Shown in pieces: positions 26,742-36,570 of a DNA stretch of 58,136 nucleotides. The notes beneath the pieces were generated by a model. The model saw only the letters and a program-made list of their open reading frames with translations. It had not been told where the DNA came from and ran no database searches. Numbering within the stretch: position 1 is the first letter of the stretch; each line of letters starts with the position of its first letter. This stretch comes from an uncultured Syntrophobacterales bacterium. Lineage in GTDB: Bacteria > Desulfobacterota > BSN033 > WVXP01 > G020346125. The stretch spans positions 1 to 58,136 of the forward strand of contig CAYFXL010000002.1 of the NCBI GenBank assembly GCA_964346945.1, read 5' to 3'. A program made the position numbers and the translations under genes.

Positions 26742-27205
26742 TTTAACAACTGGGGAATAAAGGTGTTCTTCCTGGGCCGGGCTATAGTTATTTCTCGGTT
26801 ATGGCCCCGCTTTCTTTTAGTCCAGAGTAAATGGGAAAGACGGAGCTCCTGAGATCGTTTGATTCCCGCGATTAAGAGCATATCTCCTGAATCCCCCACC
26901 ACAAGATCTTCGAGGCCGTTACTTTGTGCGGAGTAGAATTTCAGGTGTTATACCATCAGCGTCTCTGAACCGAATAGGGGACGAGCGTCCCAGCTCTTCA
27001 ATTTTCGACTATACCCACAGGGGACATGGTGGCCAAAGGAGCTCTCTATCGTTGTGGAGTAGTTCGCAGAATACTAAAGCTTCGCCCATCTTCTCTACAG
27101 TCCAACGGACTATCAGCCTAAACAAAATAATTCCAGAAAGCTTTCGAATTATTCGATGGTAATCTTCTCACATAAGACGAGAACATATTTCCCGTTTGAG
27201 ACGGT

Positions 27206-27234
27206 TTGACAATTCAAGCCATATCAGATATTTT
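27206..27234 (+). promoter_or_regulatory. Possible sigma70-type promoter of the glgE operon
   Basis: TTGACA (27206-27211), a 17-nt spacer, then TATTTT (27229-27234), about 60 nt upstream of the glgE ATG. Confidence 0.35.
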
Positions 27235-27292
27235 TAACGTTTGATATTAAGGCCTTACCTGATTTCGCTGCTGGCCAGATGAAAGGTGAATT

Positions 27293-29287
27293 ATGATAAG
27301 CATTGGGAACGGAAGAAATCGGGTCATCATTGAGGGTGTTGAACCCGAGATCGACGGTGGACGATTTCCCATAAAACGAACGCTCGGCGAACAGGTCGTC
27401 GTTGAAGCCGATATTTTTACCGATGGCCATGACGCCATCTCCTGTGTAGTTCTCTATCGGAAAAACAGCGAATCTCAATGGAGCGAGCACCCCATGGATT
27501 TCCTTGCCAACGATCGTTGGCAAGGTGAGTTTGCCGTGACGGAACTGGGGCAATATCGTTACACCCTCCAGGCCTGGATCGACCATTTCAAATCGTGGCG
27601 CCAGGGTCTCCTGAAGAAACTGGATGCAGGGCAAGATGTTTCTGTCGATCTCCTGACGGGGGCCGACCTCATCGAAGAGGCGACCCAGCGAGCCGTTGGA
27701 TCTGACGCGAAAAAACTGAAAGAACGGGCACTCTCATTGCGCTCAGCGGAGGAGGGATCCGGCAGGATTCAGGTTGCTACCGCCGGGGAACTATCCGAGT
27801 TAATGGCGAAATATCCGGACAAGGAACTAACTACCATGTATGATCGAGAACTCGTCGTGGTGGTGGACCGACCGAAGGCCCGCTTCAGCGCCTGGTATGA
27901 GATTTTTCCCCGATCATGCGCGCCCGGGGCGGGACGCCATGGCACCTTCCAAGACTGTGAAGCTCGTTTTTCGTATATCGCGGCTATGGGTTTTGACGTA
28001 CTCTACTTCCCGCCCATTCACCCCATCGGTCAGACGCACCGAAGGGGTAAGAATAACACCTCTACCGTTGGCCCGGATGATCCTGGAAGCCCCTGGGCTA
28101 TCGGCTCGGCGGATGGAGGACATAAGGATGTACACCCCCAACTCGGTAACCTGAAGGACTTTCGCCGGCTCGTGACCAAGGCCAAGGAGCATGGGCTAGA
28201 GATTGCCATAGACCTTGCCTTTCAGTGCACACCCGATCACCCATACGTGAAGGAACACCCGGAGTGGTTTCGCTGGCGTCCCGACAGGACCGTACAGTAT
28301 GCGGAAAATCCGCCCAAGAAGTATGAGGATATTTACCCCCTCAATTTCGAGACGGAAAAGTGGCAGGAACTCTGGGCCGAGCTCAAAGAGGTGGTGCTTT
28401 TCTGGATCGATCAGGGGGTGAGTATCTTTCGGGTGGATAACCCTCACACGAAGCCGTTCAACTTTTGGGAGTGGCTCATCGGCGGGATTAAAAAGGACTA
28501 TCCAGAGGTAATCTTCCTGGCTGAGGCTTTCACTCGACCGAAGGTGATGTATCAACTGGCAAAGCTGGGCTTCACGCAATCGTATACTTACTTCGCGTGG
28601 CGAAACACCAAAGGGGAACTCACCCAGTATTTCACGGAACTGATGCAGACTAACGTGCGAGAGTACTTCCGCCCTAGCCTCTGGCCGAACACTCCCGACA
28701 TTCTGACGGAATACCTCCAAATGGGCGGACGTTCGGCATTCATGGCACGGCTCGTCCTGGCGGCAACCCTGGGAGCCAATTACGGGATCTATGGACCAGC
28801 CTTCGAGCTCTGTGACAGGCGGCCCAAGGAATTCGGAAGCGAGGAATATTTGGATTCCGAAAAGTATGAGATCAAGAACTGGGACATTACAAAACCGGAT
28901 AGCCTGAGGGACTTTATTGCCCGAGTGAACCGTATCCGGCGAGAGAACCCCGCTCTTCACGGAGACTGGAGCCTGTGTTTCCACTCTATAGACAATGACC
29001 AGCTCATCTGTTACAGCAAACGGACGGAAGATTGTTCGAATGTTATAGTGGTCGTGGTAAACCTAGACCCTCACCACACACAGGCGGGATGGGTTGAACT
29101 TGGTCTATCTGATCTGGGGATTAATCATGAGATGCCCTACCAACTACATGATCTTTTGAGCGAAGCGCGCTACTTATGGCACGGCCACCGGAACTACGTG
29201 GAACTCAATCCCCAGATAGTCCCGGCTCAGATTTTCCGGGTGCGGCACAAAATCCGTACGGAAAGGGATTTCGATTACTTCATGTAG
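27293..29287 (+). CDS. glgE: Alpha-1,4-glucan:maltose-1-phosphate maltosyltransferase
   Basis: Characteristic N-terminus RVIIEGVEPEIDGGRFPIKR. GH13 core with FRVDNPHTKP and IFLAEAFTRP. Confidence 0.9.
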   Translation: MISIGNGRNRVIIEGVEPEIDGGRFPIKRTLGEQVVVEADIFTDGHDAISCVVLYRKNSESQWSEHPMDFLANDRWQGEFAVTELGQYRYTLQAWIDHFKSWRQGLLKKLDAGQDVSVDLLTGADLIEEATQRAVGSDAKKLKERALSLRSAEEGSGRIQVATAGELSELMAKYPDKELTTMYDRELVVVVDRPKARFSAWYEIFPRSCAPGAGRHGTFQDCEARFSYIAAMGFDVLYFPPIHPIGQTHRRGKNNTSTVGPDDPGSPWAIGSADGGHKDVHPQLGNLKDFRRLVTKAKEHGLEIAIDLAFQCTPDHPYVKEHPEWFRWRPDRTVQYAENPPKKYEDIYPLNFETEKWQELWAELKEVVLFWIDQGVSIFRVDNPHTKPFNFWEWLIGGIKKDYPEVIFLAEAFTRPKVMYQLAKLGFTQSYTYFAWRNTKGELTQYFTELMQTNVREYFRPSLWPNTPDILTEYLQMGGRSAFMARLVLAATLGANYGIYGPAFELCDRRPKEFGSEEYLDSEKYEIKNWDITKPDSLRDFIARVNRIRRENPALHGDWSLCFHSIDNDQLICYSKRTEDCSNVIVVVVNLDPHHTQAGWVELGLSDLGINHEMPYQLHDLLSEARYLWHGHRNYVELNPQIVPAQIFRVRHKIRTERDFDYFM

Positions 29288-29299
29288 AGGACAGCTACG

Positions 29300-32200
29300 A
29301 TGGCATATCGAAATAGGGATAACTTCCGATTACGTGATGACCCCCTTTGGTACAAAGATGCAATCATCTATGAACTTCACGTCCGCGCATTTGCTGACAG
29401 CGATGGAGACGGCGTGGGGGACTTCAAAGGGCTTATTGAGAGGCTCGACTACCTTCAAGATCTCGGCGTCACAGCCATCTGGCTTCTCCCGTTTTGTGCA
29501 TCGCCTTTGAAGGACGATGGTTATGACATTTCAGATTACGCCGACATTCATCCCGCTTACGGGAGCCTTCGTGATTTCAAGGTCTTCCTGCGTGAATCCC
29601 ATCGTCGGGGCCTTCGGGTAATCACGGAGCTGGTTCTCAATCACACCTCCGACCAGCATCCCTGGTTCCAGCGGGCCCGACGATCCAAGTCAGGGAGCCG
29701 GTGGCGTAATTTCTACGTGTGGAGTGATACTTGGGATCGGTATAAGGAGGTACGGATTATATTCAAGGACTTCGAGTCATCCAACTGGTCCTGGGATCCC
29801 GTGGCTAATGCCTACTACTGGCATCGCTTCTACTCACACCAACCCGACTTGAATTATGACAGCCCTTCTGTCAGGCGGGCCGTCCTCCAAGCTATGGACT
29901 TTTGGTTGGAGCTGGGTGTAGACGGGCTCCGTTTGGATGCCGTGCCATACCTTTACGAACGGGAGGGGACAAACTGCGAGAACCTAGCAGAGACCCATGC
30001 CTTCTTGAAGGAGGTGCGCCGCCACATAGACGAGAGATTCAAAAACCGTATAGTACTGGCCGAAGCCAACCAGTGGCCCGAGGACGCTGCAGCCTACTTT
30101 GGCAATGGGGAAGAATGCCATATGGCCTTCCACTTTCCCATCATGCCCCGAATGTTCATAGCCATCCGTACGGAAGATCGTTTTCCCATCATCGATATAC
30201 TTGAGCAAACACCCGTGATTCCTGAGACGTGTCACTGGGCACTTTTCCTGCGCAATCACGACGAGCTGACCCTGGAGATGGTTACGGACGAGGAGCGAGA
30301 CTATATGTACAGAGTTTATGCCCACGACCCACAGGCGCGGATCAACCTGGGAATCCGGCGCCGCCTCGCCCCCCTTTTGGGCAATCACCGCAGAAAGATT
30401 GAACTCATGAAGAGCCTCCTTTTTTCCCTTCCGGGGACACCCGTGCTCTACTATGGGGATGAAATTGGGATGGGGGACAATATCTACCTGGGTGACCGTA
30501 ATGGTGTCCGTACCCCTATGCAATGGAGTGGCGACCGAAATGCGGGTTTTTCTCAAGCCAATCCCCAACGCCTCTATCTCCCAATCATTCTCGACCCCGA
30601 ATATCATTACGAAGCCTTCAATGTAGAGGCTCAGCAAAACAATCCCAGTTCCCTCCTCTGGTGGACGAAACGTCTCATTGCCCTGAGGAAACGCTTTAGG
30701 GCCTTTGGACGCGGAACTCTCGAGTTCCTCCATCCTGAGAACCGAAAGGTCTTGGCCTTTATCCGTCGATACGAAGACGAATGCATTCTTGTTATTGCTA
30801 ATCTCTCCCGCTTTGTTCAGTGCGCGGAACTTGATCTCTCGCCACTAAAGGGAATGGTGCCCGTTGAGCTCTTCGGAGGGACACGGTTCCCCCCGATCGG
30901 AGAGTTACCCTACTTCATAACCCTCGGCCCCCATACCTTTTACTGGTTCTCCATTGAGCCGCAAACAACCATTCAAGAAATCTATGAGGCCATATCTGCA
31001 GCGAATCAACTACCCCTTCTCACTGTGGCTGAAACATGGTGGGAGATCCTCCATGGTGATGCCAGGGTCGATCTAGAAAAAATGTTGCCAGATTTCCTGA
31101 AAATGCGTCGTTGGTTTAGGGGAAAGGCTCGCAGAATCCGGTCGGCACGGATCCTGGAGAGTCTTCCGATCGCAAACACCTCTTCAAGAGCAGATATTAC
31201 ATTGGTGCAAGTCGATTATGTGGAGGGGGATCCGGAGATTTACCTCCTCCCCATCACCTTCGCAACTGGGGAGCATGCCGATCATATCCTCAAAGACAAC
31301 CTGAACTCAGTCATCGCTCGAATTCAGCTGAGAGAAAAGGATGAACAGGGGATCCTCTACGACGCATTGGTGGAAAAGGACTTCTGCGATGAGTTGCTGC
31401 AAGCCATTGCCCGCGGCCGCCATCTGAAAGGAACGAAAGGAGAATTGGTGGCCAAACCCACAAAGGCATTCCGCTCAATCCTCAAATTCACCGATTTACC
31501 CCCGGAACCCTCGATCCTGAAGGCCGAACAGAGCAATACCTCCGTGGTCTTCAAGGACCGATTCATTCTGAAACTCTTTCGGTCCGTGGAGGGGGGGATC
31601 AACCCTGACCTGGAAATCGGCCTCTTTTTGACAGAAAAGAGCTTTCCCCATATTCCCGCGGTTGCGGGTGCTCTTGAGTACCGCCAGGGGCGGAGCGCAC
31701 CAATGACGCTGGGGATCCTCCATGGCTTCATTTTCAACCAGGGAGATGCATGGGAATATACCCAGGACATTCTGGCCCACTATTTCGAGCTTGTTCTCGC
31801 CCGCCGGGCCAATTTGCATGAAGTCTCCCTCCCCCAAGAACATCTACTCGACTTGGTGGAGCGGGATTTCGATCCTACAGCTTCGGAGATGATCGGCGCC
31901 TATTTGGAGTCGGCACGGATCCTCGGCCAGCGTACCGCTGAACTCCACCTTGCCCTCGCCTCTTTGGCATACGATCGTGAATTCGCTCCTGAAGCATTCT
32001 CTACTCTCTACCAGCGTTCCCTTTACCAGTCTATGCGCACCCTGACCAAGCAGGTCTTTGAACTCTTGCGCCGAGGTTTGAAGGATCTCCCGGTGCCCTT
32101 GCGCGGAGAGGCCCAAGAAATCCTTCAGCACGAGAGCGAGGTTATAGGGCATTTTCAATCGATTCTCAACCGAAAGATCTCGGCCATGCGGATCCGCTGC

Positions 32201-32662
32201 CACGGTGATTACCATCTAGGACAAGTGCTATATACCGGCAAGGACTTTGTAATTTTCGACTTCGAGGGAGAGCCGGCCCGCCCCCTCTCCGAACGTCGAC
32301 TCAAACGATCTCCATTGAGGGATGTCGCGGGTATATTGCGCTCCTTTCACTATGCTGCTTATGCAGCGCTCTTCAGTCAACAGGCCAGTGGTTTCGTTCG
32401 GGAAGGAGATCGCCCCTTCGTCGAAAGGTGGGGGGATTTCTGGTACCGCTGGGTGTGTGTTGCCTTCCTGAAGGCATATCTGCCAATATCATTGGAGGCA
32501 TCAATCGTTCCTCGAGGGAGGGACGAACTCCAGGCGCTGTTGAACGTCTTCCTCCTGGAAAAAGCTATCTACGAATTGGGTTACGAACTCAACAACCGCC
32601 CAAATTGGCTGAAGATCCCCCTTCTGGGCATTAAGGAACAGCTCGGAACCCAGGAGAATTGA
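29300..32662 (+). CDS. treS: Trehalose synthase fused to maltokinase (TreS-Pep2/Mak)
   Basis: N-terminal GH13 TreS (DPLWYKDAIIYELHVRAFADSDGDGVGDFKG, GLRLDAVPYL, FLRNHDELTLE). The C-terminal kinase carries HGDYHLGQVLYTGKDFVIFDFEGEP. Length of 1120 aa is typical of the fusion. Confidence 0.9.
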   Translation: MAYRNRDNFRLRDDPLWYKDAIIYELHVRAFADSDGDGVGDFKGLIERLDYLQDLGVTAIWLLPFCASPLKDDGYDISDYADIHPAYGSLRDFKVFLRESHRRGLRVITELVLNHTSDQHPWFQRARRSKSGSRWRNFYVWSDTWDRYKEVRIIFKDFESSNWSWDPVANAYYWHRFYSHQPDLNYDSPSVRRAVLQAMDFWLELGVDGLRLDAVPYLYEREGTNCENLAETHAFLKEVRRHIDERFKNRIVLAEANQWPEDAAAYFGNGEECHMAFHFPIMPRMFIAIRTEDRFPIIDILEQTPVIPETCHWALFLRNHDELTLEMVTDEERDYMYRVYAHDPQARINLGIRRRLAPLLGNHRRKIELMKSLLFSLPGTPVLYYGDEIGMGDNIYLGDRNGVRTPMQWSGDRNAGFSQANPQRLYLPIILDPEYHYEAFNVEAQQNNPSSLLWWTKRLIALRKRFRAFGRGTLEFLHPENRKVLAFIRRYEDECILVIANLSRFVQCAELDLSPLKGMVPVELFGGTRFPPIGELPYFITLGPHTFYWFSIEPQTTIQEIYEAISAANQLPLLTVAETWWEILHGDARVDLEKMLPDFLKMRRWFRGKARRIRSARILESLPIANTSSRADITLVQVDYVEGDPEIYLLPITFATGEHADHILKDNLNSVIARIQLREKDEQGILYDALVEKDFCDELLQAIARGRHLKGTKGELVAKPTKAFRSILKFTDLPPEPSILKAEQSNTSVVFKDRFILKLFRSVEGGINPDLEIGLFLTEKSFPHIPAVAGALEYRQGRSAPMTLGILHGFIFNQGDAWEYTQDILAHYFELVLARRANLHEVSLPQEHLLDLVERDFDPTASEMIGAYLESARILGQRTAELHLALASLAYDREFAPEAFSTLYQRSLYQSMRTLTKQVFELLRRGLKDLPVPLRGEAQEILQHESEVIGHFQSILNRKISAMRIRCHGDYHLGQVLYTGKDFVIFDFEGEPARPLSERRLKRSPLRDVAGILRSFHYAAYAALFSQQASGFVREGDRPFVERWGDFWYRWVCVAFLKAYLPISLEASIVPRGRDELQALLNVFLLEKAIYELGYELNNRPNWLKIPLLGIKEQLGTQEN

Positions 32663-32669
32663 GGCTTGA

Positions 32670-34646
32670 ATGACGGGGACGAGGTACGATAAGGAAACCC
32701 AACCATCCAGGGGGAAAGGTCAGGGGGACCCGCCCCTCTGCGATATCGGCCTCCTGAAGGATGATGACATATACCTCTTTAAGGAGGGAACCCATCTTCG
32801 CCTGTATGAGAAGCTGGGAGCCCATCCCCTGACCCCAGAGGGGGAAGATGGGACCTATTTTGCCGTCTGGGCCCCGGATGCCAGAGGGGTGTTCGTCATG
32901 GGAGACTTCAATGGATGGAAGAAGATAACCCATCCTCTGAGCCCCAAGGAGAATTCGGGTATCTGGGAAGGTTTCATCCCGGGTATCTGCAAAGGCGCCC
33001 GCTACAAGTATTACATCGTATCCCGGTACAACGGCTATCGGGTGGACAAGACCGATCCCTTTTCCTTTCGCTATGAAGTATCTCCCCAGACAGCTTCGGT
33101 TGTCTGGGATTTAGATTACTCATGGGGTGACGGGGAATGGATGGCGAACCGGGGTATCCACAACGCCCCTGATGCCCCCCTGTCGATCTATGAAGTTCAT
33201 CTCGGATCTTGGATGAGGGTGCCGGAAGAAGCGAACCGGTTTTTGAGCTATCGGGAGGTTGCCCCCAAACTTGCTGAGTACGGAAGAGAGATGGGGTTCA
33301 CGCATGTGGAATTTCTGCCAATCATGGAGCACCCATTCTACGGCTCCTGGGGGTATGAGTGTCTCGGGTACTTCGCTCCAACCAGCCGGTATGGAGAACC
33401 CCAGGATTTCATGTATCTCGTCGACTGCCTCCACCAGCACGGGATCGGGGTAATTCTGGACTGGGTACCTTCGCACTTCCCAAATGATGAACACGGGCTC
33501 GGGTTCTTCGATGGAACGCACCTCTTCGAACACGCCGATCCGCGCAAGGGGATTCACCCGGATTGGAACAGCTTCATCTTCAACTACGGTCGTAACGAGG
33601 TCCGGAGCTTCCTTTTGAGCAGTGCCCTCCTTTGGCTGGACGAGTACCACGTGGACGGGCTCCGTATGGACGCTGTTGCCTCGATGCTCTATCTGGATTA
33701 CTCGCGCAAGGAGGGTGAGTGGATTCCCAACGAGTATGGAGGCAGGGAGAACCTGGAGGCCATATCCTTCCTCCGCCGCTTCAACCAAGAAGTCTATAAA
33801 AGCCATCCAAATGTCCAAACCATCGCCGAGGAATCGACCGCCTGGCCCATGGTCTCTCGTCCAACTTACGTGGGGGGGTTGGGCTTCGGCATGAAGTGGG
33901 ACATGGGATGGATGAGCGACATGCTGGAATATATGTCCAAGGACCCTCTCTTCAGGAAGTATTATCACAATCAGTTGACCTTTCGGCTTCTGTATGCCTT
34001 CCAGGAGAACTTCGTGCTCTCCCTTTCCCACGATGAAGTGGTGTACGGCAAAAGATCGCTCTTGGGGAGAATGCCCGGCGACGATTGGCAGAAGTTCGCA
34101 AACCTGAGACTTCTTTTCGGCTACATGTATGCCCAACCCGGGAAGAAGCTCCTCTTCATGGGTGATGAATTCGGCCAGTGGCGCGAGTGGAACCACGAGG
34201 AGAGTCTCGACTGGCACCTCCTCGCCTCTCCACTTCACAAAGGACTCAAGCGTTGGGTGGAGGACTTGAATCGACTCTATCGGGCCGAATCAGCACTCTA
34301 TGAGCTGGACTTCGACTCTGCCGGATTCGAGTGGATCGACTGCAACGACTCTCAGCACAGTGTCCTCAGCCTGATCCGCAAGGGTCGTTCTTCGGACGAC
34401 ACGCTGATCATCGTCTCTAACTTCACCCCGGTTCCCCGGCTTAACTACCGAGTAGGTGCTCCGCGTGGGGGATATTGGAAGGAGATCTTGAATAGTGATT
34501 CAAAGGAATATGGAGGGAGCGGTCACGGCAATCTGGGCGGCGTTGAGGCCTCTCCAATCTCTTTCCACGGCCGACCCCACTCGCTGAATCTCGTCCTGCC
34601 ACCCCTGGGCGCAGTGTTCCTCAAGCGCGAGGAGGGACAGGCTTGA
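32670..34646 (+). CDS. glgB: 1,4-alpha-glucan branching enzyme
   Basis: [42 protein letters not shown] and [10 protein letters not shown]. Confidence 0.9.
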   Translation: MTGTRYDKETQPSRGKGQGDPPLCDIGLLKDDDIYLFKEGTHLRLYEKLGAHPLTPEGEDGTYFAVWAPDARGVFVMGDFNGWKKITHPLSPKENSGIWEGFIPGICKGARYKYYIVSRYNGYRVDKTDPFSFRYEVSPQTASVVWDLDYSWGDGEWMANRGIHNAPDAPLSIYEVHLGSWMRVPEEANRFLSYREVAPKLAEYGREMGFTHVEFLPIMEHPFYGSWGYECLGYFAPTSRYGEPQDFMYLVDCLHQHGIGVILDWVPSHFPNDEHGLGFFDGTHLFEHADPRKGIHPDWNSFIFNYGRNEVRSFLLSSALLWLDEYHVDGLRMDAVASMLYLDYSRKEGEWIPNEYGGRENLEAISFLRRFNQEVYKSHPNVQTIAEESTAWPMVSRPTYVGGLGFGMKWDMGWMSDMLEYMSKDPLFRKYYHNQLTFRLLYAFQENFVLSLSHDEVVYGKRSLLGRMPGDDWQKFANLRLLFGYMYAQPGKKLLFMGDEFGQWREWNHEESLDWHLLASPLHKGLKRWVEDLNRLYRAESALYELDFDSAGFEWIDCNDSQHSVLSLIRKGRSSDDTLIIVSNFTPVPRLNYRVGAPRGGYWKEILNSDSKEYGGSGHGNLGGVEASPISFHGRPHSLNLVLPPLGAVFLKREEGQA

Positions 34647-36517
34647 ACCCGGAGGTCAGCTTAGGGGCCATATACCTGGGGGAAGGTCGATGTCAGTTCC
34701 GCGTCTGGGCACCGTTACTTCAAAAGGTAGTGGTGCACATCGTCTCTCCACGCGAACGCATCTTACCCCTGACGACGGAAGCGTTCGGGTATCATTCTGC
34801 GGTCACCGAGGGCGTAAACCCCGGTGACCGATATCTCTACTGCTTCGATGGCCAGAAGGAACGCCCGGATCCGGCTTCCCGATTCCAGCCGGAAGGCGTC
34901 CACGGTCCTTCGGAGGTAGTCGATCCCCAATTCCGCTGGGGGGATGACTCCTGGTTCGGCCTGCCCCTGCGGGAGTACGTCATTTACGAACTCCACGTTG
35001 GAACCTTTACCCCCGAAGGAACCTTTGAGGCTATCATTCCTCATTTGGATAATCTCAAAGAGCTTGGCATCACAGCCGTTGAGCTTATGCCCGTGGCCCA
35101 GTTTCCGGGGAATCGGAATTGGGGATATGACGGGGTTTATCCCTTCGCCGTGCAGGATTCCTACGGGGGTCCTGAAGGTTTGAAGCGCCTAGTGAACGCA
35201 TGCCACCGAAGTGGTTTAGCCGTCATATTGGATGTGGTATATAACCACCTGGGGCCAGAGGGCAACTACCTGTGGGACTTCGCCCCGTATTTCACCGACC
35301 GATACAAGACCCTTTGGGGTTCTGCGATCAACTTCGATGGCCCTCACAGTGATGGCGTTCGCCGCTTTTTCATCGAGAACGCCCTGTACTGGGTGACGGA
35401 ATTTCGTCTTGATGCACTGCGAATCGACGCGGTCCATGCCATCCTGGATTTTTCCGCCCATCCTTTTCTCGAGGAGTTGGCGTCGGCCGTCCACGATCAG
35501 GCGGAGCGGCTCAAGCGGCAGATTTACCTCATCGCTGAGAGCGCCCTCAATGATACGCGGGTTATCCATTCACGGGAACTGGGGGGATTTGCCGTCGACG
35601 CCCAGTGGAATGACGATTTCCATCATGCCCTCCATACGCTGTTGACCGGCGAGCAAACGGGGTATTACCAGGACTTTGGCCAACTTCGGGATCTGGCCAA
35701 AGCGTTTCGTGAGGGGTTCGTCTACTCGGGCGAATATTCCTCGTATCGCCAGCGTCGGCACGGAAACTCCTCCCGCGATATCCAGGCCCACCGTTTTGTG
35801 GTCTTTGCGCAGAACCACGACCAGGTGGGAAACCGGATGCGGGGAGAACGTTTGAGCGAACTGGTCTGCCTGGAAAGGACAAAACTCGCAGCAGGGGTCG
35901 TGCTTCTGTCGCCCTTCATTCCCCTCCTCTTCATGGGCGAGGAATACGGGGAGACCGCGCCTTTTCCATACTTTGTCAGTCACTCAGACCCGACCCTCGT
36001 TGAAGCGGTGCGGCGGGGGCGTCGAGAGGAATTTGCTGCCTTCGGATGGGCCGAAGAACCTCCTGATCCCCAAGATGAGGAGACATTCCTGCGGGCCAAG
36101 CTCAACCACAGCCTTCGCCATGAAGGGCAACACCGGATTTTAGCTGAGTTTCACAAGGAGGTCATTCAACTCAGGAAAAAGACTCCAGCCCTAGGCCGCC
36201 TGAGCAAGGACGATATGGAAGTCCTGGATTATGAGCGTGAGAAGGCTCTGGTTATAAGGCGTTGGAACGGTAATAGTGAGGCAGTCGCGATTTTGCACTT
36301 CAATGAGTCGCCGCTAACCATAGGTATTTCTTTAACCAAAGGACGGTGGGCGAAACGGTTGGATGCCGCGGATGAGCGATGGCAGGGCCCGGGGAGCCGG
36401 GTGCCCGCTGAAATCATTTCGGACGGAGAAAAAGTTCTCAGCTTTTCCCCGTACGCATTTGTCCTTTTTGTCAAAGAAGAAGGGATGGGAACGGATGGAA
36501 TGGAACGTCCCCATTGA
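34643..36517 (+). CDS. treZ: Malto-oligosyltrehalose trehalohydrolase
   Basis: FRVWAP..., [39 protein letters not shown] and [14 protein letters not shown] start overlaps the glgB stop (TTGA) after GAGGAGGGA. Confidence 0.85.
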   Translation: MNPEVSLGAIYLGEGRCQFRVWAPLLQKVVVHIVSPRERILPLTTEAFGYHSAVTEGVNPGDRYLYCFDGQKERPDPASRFQPEGVHGPSEVVDPQFRWGDDSWFGLPLREYVIYELHVGTFTPEGTFEAIIPHLDNLKELGITAVELMPVAQFPGNRNWGYDGVYPFAVQDSYGGPEGLKRLVNACHRSGLAVILDVVYNHLGPEGNYLWDFAPYFTDRYKTLWGSAINFDGPHSDGVRRFFIENALYWVTEFRLDALRIDAVHAILDFSAHPFLEELASAVHDQAERLKRQIYLIAESALNDTRVIHSRELGGFAVDAQWNDDFHHALHTLLTGEQTGYYQDFGQLRDLAKAFREGFVYSGEYSSYRQRRHGNSSRDIQAHRFVVFAQNHDQVGNRMRGERLSELVCLERTKLAAGVVLLSPFIPLLFMGEEYGETAPFPYFVSHSDPTLVEAVRRGRREEFAAFGWAEEPPDPQDEETFLRAKLNHSLRHEGQHRILAEFHKEVIQLRKKTPALGRLSKDDMEVLDYEREKALVIRRWNGNSEAVAILHFNESPLTIGISLTKGRWAKRLDAADERWQGPGSRVPAEIISDGEKVLSFSPYAFVLFVKEEGMGTDGMERPH

Positions 36518-36570
36518 CGGGTTCTTCAAATTGAATCGAGAACCGTCGCCATTTATTCGAAGAGAATAGT

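Noticed and set aside
26889-26901. gaatcccccacca resembles the 3' end of a tRNA or tmRNA, and a ggggacg...ttcgac-like string lies about 90 nt downstream.
   Set aside because: No T-arm or acceptor-stem pairing can be drawn upstream of the CCA-like end. The two pieces are in the wrong order for a tmRNA. A full-length tmRNA would have to overlap the dksA-like CDS.
33120-34238. Long antisense or alternative-frame ORFs. They include 372 aa opposite glgB, 28196..28984 opposite glgE, 29984..30733 opposite treS and 15402..16112 opposite the activator. Others are 7930..8541 opposite two small genes and 3401..3964 inside the MFS.
   Set aside because: Each lies entirely inside a gene with strong family motifs on the other strand or frame. 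Their translations are low-complexity and Arg/Pro/Gly-rich, and they have no SD. They are typical shadow ORFs.
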